This document shows positions 38,840 to 47,882 of a stretch of DNA of 64,000 nucleotides, piece by piece. Source of the DNA: an uncultured Oligoflexales bacterium (GTDB lineage Bacteria > Bdellovibrionota_B > Oligoflexia > Oligoflexales > CAZZCU01); contig CAZZCU010000002.1 of NCBI GenBank assembly GCA_964652825.1, positions 33,369 through 97,368 on the forward strand, read 5' to 3'. A program made the position numbers and the translations under genes. A model generated the notes under the pieces. The model did not search any database, was not told the DNA's origin, and worked only from the letters and a program-made list of their open reading frames with translations. Each line of letters opens with the position of its first letter. Position 1 is the first letter of the stretch.

Positions 38840-39676
38840 TTAGGCGCGAGCGACGATGGCAGCGATGTCGGCAAAAATATTCGCCAGATCGGGAGTCTCG
38901 TCTGGCCTGGTCTCGCTCGCCACCGGCCTGCCTTCATCGCCGGCGATACGCACACGCGTATCAACCGGCAACTTCGCCAACACCGGCACGCCATACTCTT
39001 TGGCGAAGGCGGCGGCACCGCCATCACCAAAAATCGCATCCGTATGACCACACTGCGAACAACGATGCGTTGCCATGTTTTCCACGACACCGAGAACGGG
39101 AACAGACAATTGCCGAAACATCATCAACGCCTTGCGCGCGTCGATCAAAGCGACTTCCTGCGGCGTGGTCACCACGAGTGCCTGATGGATAGGGAGCTTC
39201 TCGATCAAAGTCAGCTGTACATCACCAGTCCCAGGCGGCAGATCGATAACCAGATAATCCAGATCACCCCACGTCACATCGTGACAAAACTGCAACAAAG
39301 CCTTGGCAATCATCGGTCCACGCCAGATAATCGGCGTCGCCGCATCCGCCAGCAAACCAAAAGACATAAATTTAATGCCGTGCGCCGTCGCCGGCATAAT
39401 TTTATTGCCCGCCACGACTTCCGGTGGTGTGGTCATGCCCAGCATCGTCGGCGCCGACGGGCCGTAAATATCAGCATCAAGCAAACCCACGCGTTTACCG
39501 GCGCGCGCCAGCGCAACCGCGAGATTGACGCTGATCGTCGATTTGCCAACGCCACCCTTGCCCGAGGCGACCACCACAACCTGGCGCACACCGGCAATCG
39601 CAGTGCGATCGAAGGTGATGCCCAAGCCTTGGCGCTTTGGCGGTGGTACTGGTCCTGGACTCTTGGGGTCGTTCAT
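38840..39676 (-). CDS. apbC: Mrp/NBP35 (ApbC) iron-sulfur cluster carrier ATPase
   Basis: 278 aa with the Walker A motif GKGGVGKST and the CSQCGH motif. Confidence 0.92.
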   Translation of the reverse strand: MNDPKSPGPVPPPKRQGLGITFDRTAIAGVRQVVVVASGKGGVGKSTISVNLAVALARAGKRVGLLDADIYGPSAPTMLGMTTPPEVVAGNKIMPATAHGIKFMSFGLLADAATPIIWRGPMIAKALLQFCHDVTWGDLDYLVIDLPPGTGDVQLTLIEKLPIHQALVVTTPQEVALIDARKALMMFRQLSVPVLGVVENMATHRCSQCGHTDAIFGDGGAAAFAKEYGVPVLAKLPVDTRVRIAGDEGRPVASETRPDETPDLANIFADIAAIVARA

Positions 39677-39734
39677 TGTTATATATTCCTGCTACGTAGC
39701 GACTCCGCTTGTAGTCAACCTGAGGAGCGTTGTC

Positions 39735-39992
39735 ATGCAAAAAATCCGCGTCTACACGACCTCGGTCTGTCCCTACTGCATACAAGCCAAACGCCTGCTG
39801 CAACAGCTGAACCTAGACTATGAAGAAATCAATCTTGAGAACGATCAAACATTACGCCTGCAATTATCAGCCGAGAACAACGGCTGGCGCACCGTACCAA
39901 TGATTTTTGTCGGTGAGACGTTTATCGGCGGCTACAACGAACTCGTGGCCTTGCATAAACAAAATGCGCTGCTACCGAAGGTACAGGCGTGA
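39735..39992 (+). CDS. glutaredoxin
   Basis: ATG 39735 is preceded by GAGGAG. 85 aa with the CPYC active site, TVPMIFVG and GGYNEL. Confidence 0.9.
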   Translation: MQKIRVYTTSVCPYCIQAKRLLQQLNLDYEEINLENDQTLRLQLSAENNGWRTVPMIFVGETFIGGYNELVALHKQNALLPKVQA

Positions 39993-41422
39993 TCCTGACC
40001 CACAAACGAACACCACTGTACCTGATCGCAATCATGGTCGCGGCCGCACTCGGTGGCACATTCTATTGGCGCGGCAAACACGCCGGCCGTCTTGCGGGAA
40101 ACGACCCCACGACTATAGTGCCGCCGGCGGCTCCACAACCTGCATCGATACCAACGACAGCGTCGACCGGCGCCGACCAACCAACCGACACCCCCACGTT
40201 TAGCGGCGAGGCGGCCCTGGCTTTCACGCAACTCCAAGCCAAATACCACGCCGGTGAGTATGTCGCCGCCGTCGACTTCGCCGACAGCCTGCTCCATCGC
40301 GGCGAACTGGACACCAACTTTATGCAGTGGCTGCAAAAGCAAATGCCGACTTTGCTCATCAGCGCCGGCTGGCAGCAAATCAAAAACAGCGATTGCGATG
40401 CCGCGGCTATTTATTTGCGACGCGCCGAAGCCGTTGCGAAGAACGCGGAAATCAGCAAAGGCTTGGCATACTGCTACCATAAACTCAAAAATGTTTTGGC
40501 GGCGGATGAACAATTCCGCACCTATCTCGATCAGCGTCCGGATGATCTGCACATGCATTTGTTATATGCCGACCACCTGGAGTCCGATCGCCGTTATCAA
40601 GCCGCCGAAAAAATCCTGCGACAAATTGCCAATGACACGACCACCACCGCGGACGACAACAACATTGATCGTGAGCAAATCGCCAAACGCGCCGAGGCAA
40701 TGCGCGCCAAAGCCAGCGAAGACAATCTGCAGACCAGCATCAGCTCCGAGCACATTCAAATTATCTATCGTCCAGAAGAACACGGCGTTGTCGTAAACCC
40801 CATTCTTGACGTGCTTGAAAACGCGATCAGTGAGTATGAAGATCATCTCGGTATTCCGCCACCACGCTCACCTATTGAGGTGATTTTGTATCCGAGCGAT
40901 GGTTTTTCGCGATTTGCCGCCGGCGCACCGGATTGGGCGCAGGGAATTTTTGACGGCCGCATCCGCATACCGATTTCGCGCGCCGCGTTGCGACAGCATG
41001 GCTTTCGCGAACTAAACAAGGTTTTACGTCACGAATTATTTCATGCTTTGATGGCAAACCAAACCAATGGACGGAATCTGCCACCTTGGTTTAACGAAGG
41101 CATGGCGCAACGCCTTGAATGCCCCGTCACCGCGCCATGTTCGGTGAAGATGCCCTTAACGCCAGGACAGTTTCTGCCCGAACATGTATTTTTCGTACCC
41201 TATACAACCTTTGATGAGCTACTCGCATCACGTACGTACATGCAAAGTCGCTATCTGATCGCAACCATCGAACAAGAGCACGAAGGACTGGAAAGTCTTC
41301 GACAGATTATTGCCACGCTGCCTACATCCGGCGAAATTAATTCCAACAAACTCCTGCTGCCGCTCAGAACTAACTTTGCTCAGCTACACGCACGCGCCGC
41401 ATATCTCTGGAGGCGACGTTAA
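39989..41422 (+). CDS. TPR-repeat protein with peptidase-MA-like HExxH domain
   Basis: 477 aa with an N-terminal TM helix and TPR-like helices. The C-terminal part has RHELFHALM...FNEGMAQRLE. Confidence 0.55.
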   Translation: MILTHKRTPLYLIAIMVAAALGGTFYWRGKHAGRLAGNDPTTIVPPAAPQPASIPTTASTGADQPTDTPTFSGEAALAFTQLQAKYHAGEYVAAVDFADSLLHRGELDTNFMQWLQKQMPTLLISAGWQQIKNSDCDAAAIYLRRAEAVAKNAEISKGLAYCYHKLKNVLAADEQFRTYLDQRPDDLHMHLLYADHLESDRRYQAAEKILRQIANDTTTTADDNNIDREQIAKRAEAMRAKASEDNLQTSISSEHIQIIYRPEEHGVVVNPILDVLENAISEYEDHLGIPPPRSPIEVILYPSDGFSRFAAGAPDWAQGIFDGRIRIPISRAALRQHGFRELNKVLRHELFHALMANQTNGRNLPPWFNEGMAQRLECPVTAPCSVKMPLTPGQFLPEHVFFVPYTTFDELLASRTYMQSRYLIATIEQEHEGLESLRQIIATLPTSGEINSNKLLLPLRTNFAQLHARAAYLWRRR

Positions 41423-41424
41423 TC

Positions 41425-42405
41425 TTAAACGCAACAAAGTTGTCGCCAGAGCGTCTGCATATCCTCGGGCAAGGGCGCGGTGATGCTCCGCTCTTTTTTC
41501 AATTCCGGATGTTGAAAGGTCAATGCCGCGGCATGCAGGCAATGACGTGCAAAGCCAGCACGTTCCTGAACCGCATCAGTGTTGCCATGCGCAAAATAAT
41601 CGAGAAACACCTGCTCATCAGGATGATAAAGCTTGTCGCCCACGAGCGGCAGATGGCTATAGGCAGCATGAATACGGATTTGATTGGTGCGGCCGGTGCG
41701 CGGCATCGCCCGTAACAAAACATGACCTGGCGCACGCTCCTGCACCATAAAATCTGTACGCGCCGGCAGACCATCCGCTCGTACCCACTTCTTGATCCGA
41801 ATCGCGCTATCAGTCAGATCACCAATAGCGCCATCGACGATCCAGGAATGCTCCATCGTCTCACCACGAGCGATTGCCAGGTATTCCTTGAGCACGCGAT
41901 GACGTTGCAGATCGCTTGCCAGCTGCATGCGTAGCTTTGATGTCGCCGCGCACAAGACTAGACCGCTGGTCTCGCGATCCAAACGATGTACCGCCGACCA
42001 CTCCTTGCCGAATTTTTGCGCTAATAACACCGCCAACGTATTCTGGCGATACGGCCCGTTTTCGTGCATCGGCAGATTGCCTGGCTTGTTCACAGCCATG
42101 ACACCGCTTTCCTCGTACACCAATTCGATACGCGTATCGACCTGCGGCTCCACTTCGGGGGGGTGATAAAGATGCACGATATCTTGCGCACGCATGCGAT
42201 AGGAAGAACGCACCGATTGACCACTGACTAATACCGTCGCGGCTTCGAGACGTTTTTGCCAGGCCGCCCGCGAGTGAAACGGAAACGCCTCCGCCAGGTA
42301 GGCATCAACCCGCTGACCCGCATCTTCGGGTCGCACCGGACCGCCGATGCGGCGAAAGTCCGCACCAAGCTCGATTTGCCGGATTGTAGTTGGCGTATCT
42401 TCCAT
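41425..42405 (-). CDS. RluA-family 23S rRNA pseudouridine synthase (RluD-like, S4 domain)
   Basis: 326 aa with motifs HRLDRETSGLVL and GRTNQIR. Confidence 0.88.
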   Translation of the reverse strand: MEDTPTTIRQIELGADFRRIGGPVRPEDAGQRVDAYLAEAFPFHSRAAWQKRLEAATVLVSGQSVRSSYRMRAQDIVHLYHPPEVEPQVDTRIELVYEESGVMAVNKPGNLPMHENGPYRQNTLAVLLAQKFGKEWSAVHRLDRETSGLVLCAATSKLRMQLASDLQRHRVLKEYLAIARGETMEHSWIVDGAIGDLTDSAIRIKKWVRADGLPARTDFMVQERAPGHVLLRAMPRTGRTNQIRIHAAYSHLPLVGDKLYHPDEQVFLDYFAHGNTDAVQERAGFARHCLHAAALTFQHPELKKERSITAPLPEDMQTLWRQLCCV

Positions 42406-42465
42406 CTGCGTCTACATTAACCTCGCACTTACCAGAGCTAAACCGGCAATATAACGGATAACTGC

Positions 42466-42915
42466 ATGGGCATCAAAATCATCACCACTAATCGCAAGGC
42501 AAGCCATGAGTATGCCTTGTTTGAAAAGTTTGAAGCCGGGATAGCCTTGCAGGGCACCGAAGTCAAGGCTTTACGATTGGGCAAAGCCAACCTCAGCGAC
42601 GGCTGGGTGGATCTGAGCACCGGCGAGGCGATCTTGCGTGATGCGCAGATTAGTCCTTACACACATGGTAATCTGCATAATCACACCGAAAAACGCCCAC
42701 GCCGCCTGCTGCTAAAACGCAATGAAATTCATAAGCTCAACCGACAAGTCGCCGAAAAGGGCATGTCGGTGATCCCGCTGAAGCTTTATTTTAAAGACAG
42801 CCTAGTGAAAATCGAGATCGCCGTCGCCAAAGGCAAAAAACACTACGATAAACGCGATTCGGAAAAAACGCGCCAGGCTAATCGTGATATCGCCAGGGCC
42901 ATGCGCTCTCGCTAA
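42466..42915 (+). CDS. smpB: SsrA-binding protein
   Basis: 149 aa. The pattern NRKA.HEY......EAGI.L.GTEVKALR... is followed by a basic C-terminal tail. Confidence 0.95.
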   Translation: MGIKIITTNRKASHEYALFEKFEAGIALQGTEVKALRLGKANLSDGWVDLSTGEAILRDAQISPYTHGNLHNHTEKRPRRLLLKRNEIHKLNRQVAEKGMSVIPLKLYFKDSLVKIEIAVAKGKKHYDKRDSEKTRQANRDIARAMRSR

Positions 42916-44078
42916 GGCAACGCATAATCCTGCCAGGTTTTTTTGATAAAATGAAAACCCTTAGTGACCAAGTGCTGATGTGTGCGTTTGGAGCGCAATA
43001 ATGCCACCAATTGCTCGCCGTCAGGATCGATGGCGACACCGCCGACATACTGATCATTGTCGAGCGTCAGACTGCCGATCAAACGATTGGTTTTGTAATG
43101 ATAAACATAAAGTTTTTTCCAGGCATCGCGTTCCGCAGGCCGACTACCATAAAAGGCAATGACTTGATTTTTAAAATTCACCGCCATGCTGCTACTATCA
43201 ACTTTAAGTCCCGGCTCAACCTTTAATTTATAAACTGTTTCCTTCGCTACATTCGTCCAGGTGGGTAACTCACGGACCGTAAAGACATTGCCGTCAGCTT
43301 GCCAATGAACCAACGCGATAAGTTCGGCTTGTTGCAAAATCCGCCAATCCGTCGGCAAGAGCAACTCATGATCAGCTTTACCGCGACCACCGGAGTATGC
43401 ACGTAAATAATTTTGCGCGCCTTGTTCCAACAGAATGTAGCGATTACGTCGCGTCGATGCATAAATCGGCACGTGTGCTTTCGGATAACTCATCGCCGTA
43501 CGCTGTTGAAAAGTTTCGGTATCAATCTCCTTGATAGCACCAGCTTTCATATCCGCGACACGCGCGCCGTCATCACCGGCTACCATTCGATACTCATTTA
43601 ACGCGAACGACTTAACCGCTTTACCGGCACCAGCGGTATTCACCAGGGACAAGCTCACGCCAGTCGCGTCGCCGGTGTAACAGCCAGCGAGGCCATCGCG
43701 AAAATTCAGAATCGTCGCACCGCGCAGATGTCCCATACCGATCGGCAACAATCCCGGCAATTGTTTCAAACTAGCGGAGAATATCGGCGCCGTTTTAGCA
43801 GTCAACATATCCAGACGATACAACGTATACTTCTGCCCATCGTCTTTCTTGGCGACATCAGGGGCATTAGCAGCCAGATAATAAAACCATTGACCGCCGC
43901 CACTATAAAAATAATCGCTACCTGCGGGAGCTGCCTCATACTGAAAGCAATCATAGGTCTTACGCGGCGTTTCAGCTGCGGGCGGCGTGACGGCTGGTCC
44001 AGTCGCATAAGCCAGTTGACCGATGGCGCTGCCGCAACCCAGACTCCATAGTGTCAGACGAAAAAAAATCAACCGCAT
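42912..44078 (-). CDS. hypothetical secreted protein (third gene of a three-gene operon)
   Basis: 388 aa with a signal peptide. GGGGAG Shine-Dalgarno. There is a 22-nt gap from the upstream gene. Confidence 0.5.
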   Translation of the reverse strand: MRLIFFRLTLWSLGCGSAIGQLAYATGPAVTPPAAETPRKTYDCFQYEAAPAGSDYFYSGGGQWFYYLAANAPDVAKKDDGQKYTLYRLDMLTAKTAPIFSASLKQLPGLLPIGMGHLRGATILNFRDGLAGCYTGDATGVSLSLVNTAGAGKAVKSFALNEYRMVAGDDGARVADMKAGAIKEIDTETFQQRTAMSYPKAHVPIYASTRRNRYILLEQGAQNYLRAYSGGRGKADHELLLPTDWRILQQAELIALVHWQADGNVFTVRELPTWTNVAKETVYKLKVEPGLKVDSSSMAVNFKNQVIAFYGSRPAERDAWKKLYVYHYKTNRLIGSLTLDNDQYVGGVAIDPDGEQLVALLRSKRTHQHLVTKGFHFIKKTWQDYALP

Positions 44079-44100
44079 GCTCTACTCCCCAACTTTGAAC

Positions 44101-45348
44101 TTATCGCTTCTTCAAAAACGGCAAGTTGTGTTTCGTGACCCGCAAGACTTCAGGTTGTCTGCCGTAGGTACGACGCTCGATCAAACCAATCGATGAAGGC
44201 GATTGCAACAGCATATAGTCATCAAGCAAAACATACTTGCGTGCTTCGTCGACTTCGCTTTTATCAAGCAGCAAGCCATCGGTTAAGCGATAACGCATAA
44301 CTTCAGTCATCGATTGATAATCACTATCCGATTGGTACTGGTTACCAGCAAAAACCAGCGTCAGCTTATCGCGACTGGCATTTAACAGGCTACGGGTGAT
44401 CGCCGTGCTTTTCACCTGCAGGCTTTTCGTCATTAACGCACCAGCCGCATCGATATAATGTATTTGCAACGGCACCACCGACTGCGACTCTTGATCGATG
44501 GTAATAAAATGCGGCACCACCGCAAAATCCTGACTGAGTAGACTACGACCACTGAGATTAATCGGCGTACCCTCAATCGTCTGTGTGTCGACGTTCACCA
44601 CAAACAAGCGATCCGCGTCTTTCACCACCGCCAGATGATCAAAGTCAGGCACCACCGCCAGCGAAGTCATCGCCTTGGCATCGTTGATTTCAAACGACGT
44701 CACCTGCCATTCCTGCGCCTCAAGAGTCGCTGGCAGATCAACCACGGTCAGCGTCTTCTCACCCTGCGATACCAGCAGCTTATCCGCACCCAACAAGGTC
44801 CCGGCAATAATTGGGTCATCCTTGCCTAAATTTGGTCCACCCAGATAAGTATTTTTTAACGTACCATCCGCATCTAGTTCGATAACCGCCATGGTCAAAT
44901 ACTCGTCCATCAATACCAAGAAATGACCACTGGCGCTGAACGCCGCTGTCTGAATCTCGCCTTGCAGCTCAGCGGGATTTTTGGTGGTTTCACCGTTAGC
45001 TTTGACGATAACGTAATCAGCACCACCAACAACCACGTTGTAAGCGGCATCGGCACCGCCCAGCACCCATAACCGGTCATGGTCCAGGGGAACCGCTCGC
45101 GACCCTTGCAAGGTGAATGGCTCGATGCCAAATTGATGCAACGCACGAGCTTTGCGATCAAGCATGACGACTTTATCGTCGTGAGCAATACCAATCGCGG
45201 AAGCCGGTGAATAGAATATCGGCATATGTAGTGCACGTGCGGATTCATTAAACGTGTCATGCGCACTTTTGCATGTCGTTCCAAGCAACATAATCGGCAG
45301 AGTCAGCAACAAATAACCCCGCGTCCTGGCAAATAAATTAAAACGCAT
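44101..45348 (-). CDS. hypothetical lipoprotein, repeat/beta-propeller-like
   Basis: 415 aa with a lipobox (LLGTTC). It overlaps the upstream gene by 11 nt. Confidence 0.5.
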   Translation of the reverse strand: MRFNLFARTRGYLLLTLPIMLLGTTCKSAHDTFNESARALHMPIFYSPASAIGIAHDDKVVMLDRKARALHQFGIEPFTLQGSRAVPLDHDRLWVLGGADAAYNVVVGGADYVIVKANGETTKNPAELQGEIQTAAFSASGHFLVLMDEYLTMAVIELDADGTLKNTYLGGPNLGKDDPIIAGTLLGADKLLVSQGEKTLTVVDLPATLEAQEWQVTSFEINDAKAMTSLAVVPDFDHLAVVKDADRLFVVNVDTQTIEGTPINLSGRSLLSQDFAVVPHFITIDQESQSVVPLQIHYIDAAGALMTKSLQVKSTAITRSLLNASRDKLTLVFAGNQYQSDSDYQSMTEVMRYRLTDGLLLDKSEVDEARKYVLLDDYMLLQSPSSIGLIERRTYGRQPEVLRVTKHNLPFLKKR

Positions 45349-46222
45349 AGATGCCCCCGAAGTTAAGATGATTGCTGGGTGCGTTCGTGCTCAGATGAAA
45401 CTCGTCGAGTTCCACTTTCAAGTAATGTCGACTCCAGCGCAGATTAAACCAGAAGTTATTACTCACCGGCATGCGCAGCTCCACGCCAAAAAACGGTCCC
45501 ATACTATCGGAGTTATCTTTGAGCTCAAGTTCTTCATCGCGCATACGTAGCTCAGAGGCTAACCAGCTGCCACCCAATAGCGCCGCGACATGCGGTCGAC
45601 TCCAAAGCGAACTCGCTCGCAGCGGGCCCAAAGCCCACTCATAAGCAACCGCCAAATCAATCTGAGTCGCATCATAATGAACGATAACGCCCTCGACGGT
45701 ACTGTGAATATTCGACAGACTGGCAACGGCCAGGGTCACGCCGATCGCTTGCGGTTGGTAAGCAAGCTCAAACCCGACCCGCGTATGACCGCCATCAAGA
45801 AAAACCTTTTCCCAGGCATTGCGATCGATACTCGCACCGCCAGCCTGCAGCCCCATGCGCCAAACCCGCGGTCGCAAATCATCGAGCAGATGTCGATAGA
45901 CATTGGCGCGTTGAAAATTCAAAACCCGTTTGTCTTTTGCCAGCAACACAGCATCCGCAACATCTTCAACCGGCTCCGACAACGTCACTTCCGCTTGCTT
46001 GAGTTCAAATAACTCGCCGCGCAACTGCAACCACATCCCTTGGTCCACGATATGTCCCGGCACCAGGAGTGTCTTGGCAAACGCCTCCTCATCGCTGTCG
46101 TTTTGATCGCCGCTTTTTGTATCCTGGTCGCCTTGGGCCTCGTCCGCCGTCCCCTGGGTGCTAAAAACCAGGACCAGGCCTAGCATCAGCATGCTAATCC
46201 GTAGACACTGTCTAAAGTTCAT
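45338..46222 (-). CDS. hypothetical outer-membrane protein (acidic N-terminal region, beta-barrel-like C-terminal half ending in Phe)
   Basis: I prefer the start at Met-11 of the ORF (MNFRQCLRISMLMLGLVLVFSTQGTA), which gives a signal peptide. The C-terminus ...LNFGGIYAF is typical of outer-membrane proteins. Confidence 0.5.
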   Translation of the reverse strand: MNFRQCLRISMLMLGLVLVFSTQGTADEAQGDQDTKSGDQNDSDEEAFAKTLLVPGHIVDQGMWLQLRGELFELKQAEVTLSEPVEDVADAVLLAKDKRVLNFQRANVYRHLLDDLRPRVWRMGLQAGGASIDRNAWEKVFLDGGHTRVGFELAYQPQAIGVTLAVASLSNIHSTVEGVIVHYDATQIDLAVAYEWALGPLRASSLWSRPHVAALLGGSWLASELRMRDEELELKDNSDSMGPFFGVELRMPVSNNFWFNLRWSRHYLKVELDEFHLSTNAPSNHLNFGGIYAF

Positions 46223-46404
46223 TGTCCGTATCAGCACGTCCGGCCACCTCATTCAAAAAGGCTAAAAACCACTAAATGGCTAATTTGCTGAATTTTATCG
46301 CAAATTCTCCCCACGAACCAGCCGTTTACCAGCTGGGATTCGGATAATATAGTGACGGACATTGTGGCCTTGAAATTGCTAGCTTTCTCCATAAAGAGGC
46401 AAGA

Positions 46405-46455
46405 ATGACTTGTCGGCGGACTACGATCTTTTTTATGGCCATGTTTATCCTTTAA
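46405..46455 (+). CDS. candidate 16-aa micro-ORF (MTCRRTTIFFMAMFIL) upstream of the rSAM gene
   Basis: The ATG is preceded by AAAGAGG with a 6-nt spacer. It is too short to call with confidence. Confidence 0.15.
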   Translation: MTCRRTTIFFMAMFIL

Positions 46456-46482
46456 TTACAATGTGTTACAAAGACGATAATT

Positions 46483-47832
46483 ATGTTGGACGGCATTCAT
46501 AAGCATACCAGTAGCAAAATGTCACCAGACACGGTCCAGGCACGTGATTGGAAGGCTTTTGTTTTTGAAACGGGAGCTTTTTTGCTGCACGTACCGACCG
46601 CGCACATCCTCGAAGCCTCGCCGGCATTGGCGGCGGCGGTACAGCGCGAAGGCGAGGAGCTATCCGTCGCCACCAGTGAACAGCTCCGTCATATTCAAGA
46701 ACAACTGCCGGTCGCACCGCTACGTGTGGTGGAAACTCCCAGCATCAAAGCCATAGCGCTGAATATTGTGCAATCGTGCAATCTGCGTTGCACTTATTGT
46801 TATGCCGGTGACGGTGATTATGGCAAAAACTCGCGCATGTCATTCGAGCTGGCGCGACAAATCATCGATTTTTTCGCCAAAGATCAGCCGCATCTGCATA
46901 TCGTGTTTTTCGGCGGTGAGCCGCTGTTGAATTTCCGCATGATTAAACAAGTGATCGAATATTGCGCAACGCTTCCCGACAAAACGTTCAGCTACGCACT
47001 CACCACGAATGCCACACTGATGACACCAGCCATCGTCGAATTTTTCGCCGCGCATCAGGTGAAAATCACGATCTCGTATGACGGTCACGGCATTCATGCC
47101 AAACATCGTCTTAACGCCGATCGGCGCAGCAATTCAGAAAAACTAGTCGAGAAAAAATTGCAGGATTACCGCGACCAACTTCAGACATTGCGGGAATTTG
47201 ATTTGCGCGCAACGCTGCGTCGCGAAAATCTGGAGCAACTTGAAGAAGTGATCGTACACACCCTGACCAGCATGAATTTCACCTGGTCGTTCGTGCGGCA
47301 TGCATCGAGCATGATCGGCCAAAAATTTACGCTCGCCGACGCGGAAAAAATCGGCGCGATCCTGAGCCGTGTCGTGGATCGATTGCTGGCGGCGCGCGAC
47401 TATGACAAGCTCATGCGCCTGGGCAATCTGCGGAGTTATTTGCACAAGATGCACCACGGCGTCATCCAAGATAGTTTTTGTGGCGCCGGTGTCGACTATT
47501 TATCGGTCTCCACATCGGGCAAATTTTACTTGTGCCATCGCTTTACCGAGGACGAATCGGAAAGCGTCGGCAACATCACCAATGGACTGAATCAGCAACG
47601 TCTGGCGCAATTCGCTCAGCACCGACAGGTCAAACATGATCCATGTTCAAGTTGCTGGATGCGTGAATGGTGCGGCGGTGGCTGCTACCATGAACATAAA
47701 GTCGCCAATGGAACGCCATTCAAACCTGATCCGATATTCTGTATACTGCGCGATGCGGAGATGACTCAGGCGATGCGCGTTTATACGCACATCTTACGCG
47801 ATGCACCGACTTTACTTGCCAAGAAGAAGTAA
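46483..47832 (+). CDS. radical SAM / SPASM-domain maturase (anSME-like) with about 90-aa N-terminal extension
   Basis: CxxxCxxC motif at CNLRCTYC (46777..46800). GGEPLL motif. The C-terminal SPASM cysteines are CGAG...CHRF...CSSC...CGGGC. The start codon is uncertain because no Shine-Dalgarno is seen. Confidence 0.88.
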   Translation: MLDGIHKHTSSKMSPDTVQARDWKAFVFETGAFLLHVPTAHILEASPALAAAVQREGEELSVATSEQLRHIQEQLPVAPLRVVETPSIKAIALNIVQSCNLRCTYCYAGDGDYGKNSRMSFELARQIIDFFAKDQPHLHIVFFGGEPLLNFRMIKQVIEYCATLPDKTFSYALTTNATLMTPAIVEFFAAHQVKITISYDGHGIHAKHRLNADRRSNSEKLVEKKLQDYRDQLQTLREFDLRATLRRENLEQLEEVIVHTLTSMNFTWSFVRHASSMIGQKFTLADAEKIGAILSRVVDRLLAARDYDKLMRLGNLRSYLHKMHHGVIQDSFCGAGVDYLSVSTSGKFYLCHRFTEDESESVGNITNGLNQQRLAQFAQHRQVKHDPCSSCWMREWCGGGCYHEHKVANGTPFKPDPIFCILRDAEMTQAMRVYTHILRDAPTLLAKKK

Positions 47833-47882
47833 GGGTGTGCCGCAGTCTGAAGTTGGCATAACTTTCAGAATAGAACGCGGCC

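Noticed and set aside
39044-39823. A 259-aa plus-strand ORF, together with other ORFs antisense to or out of frame with mrp/apbC and grx.
   Set aside because: It is Arg/His-rich nonsense sequence antisense to a clearly recognisable Mrp/NBP35 gene. The true glutaredoxin is only the last 85 codons of the 39525..39992 ORF.
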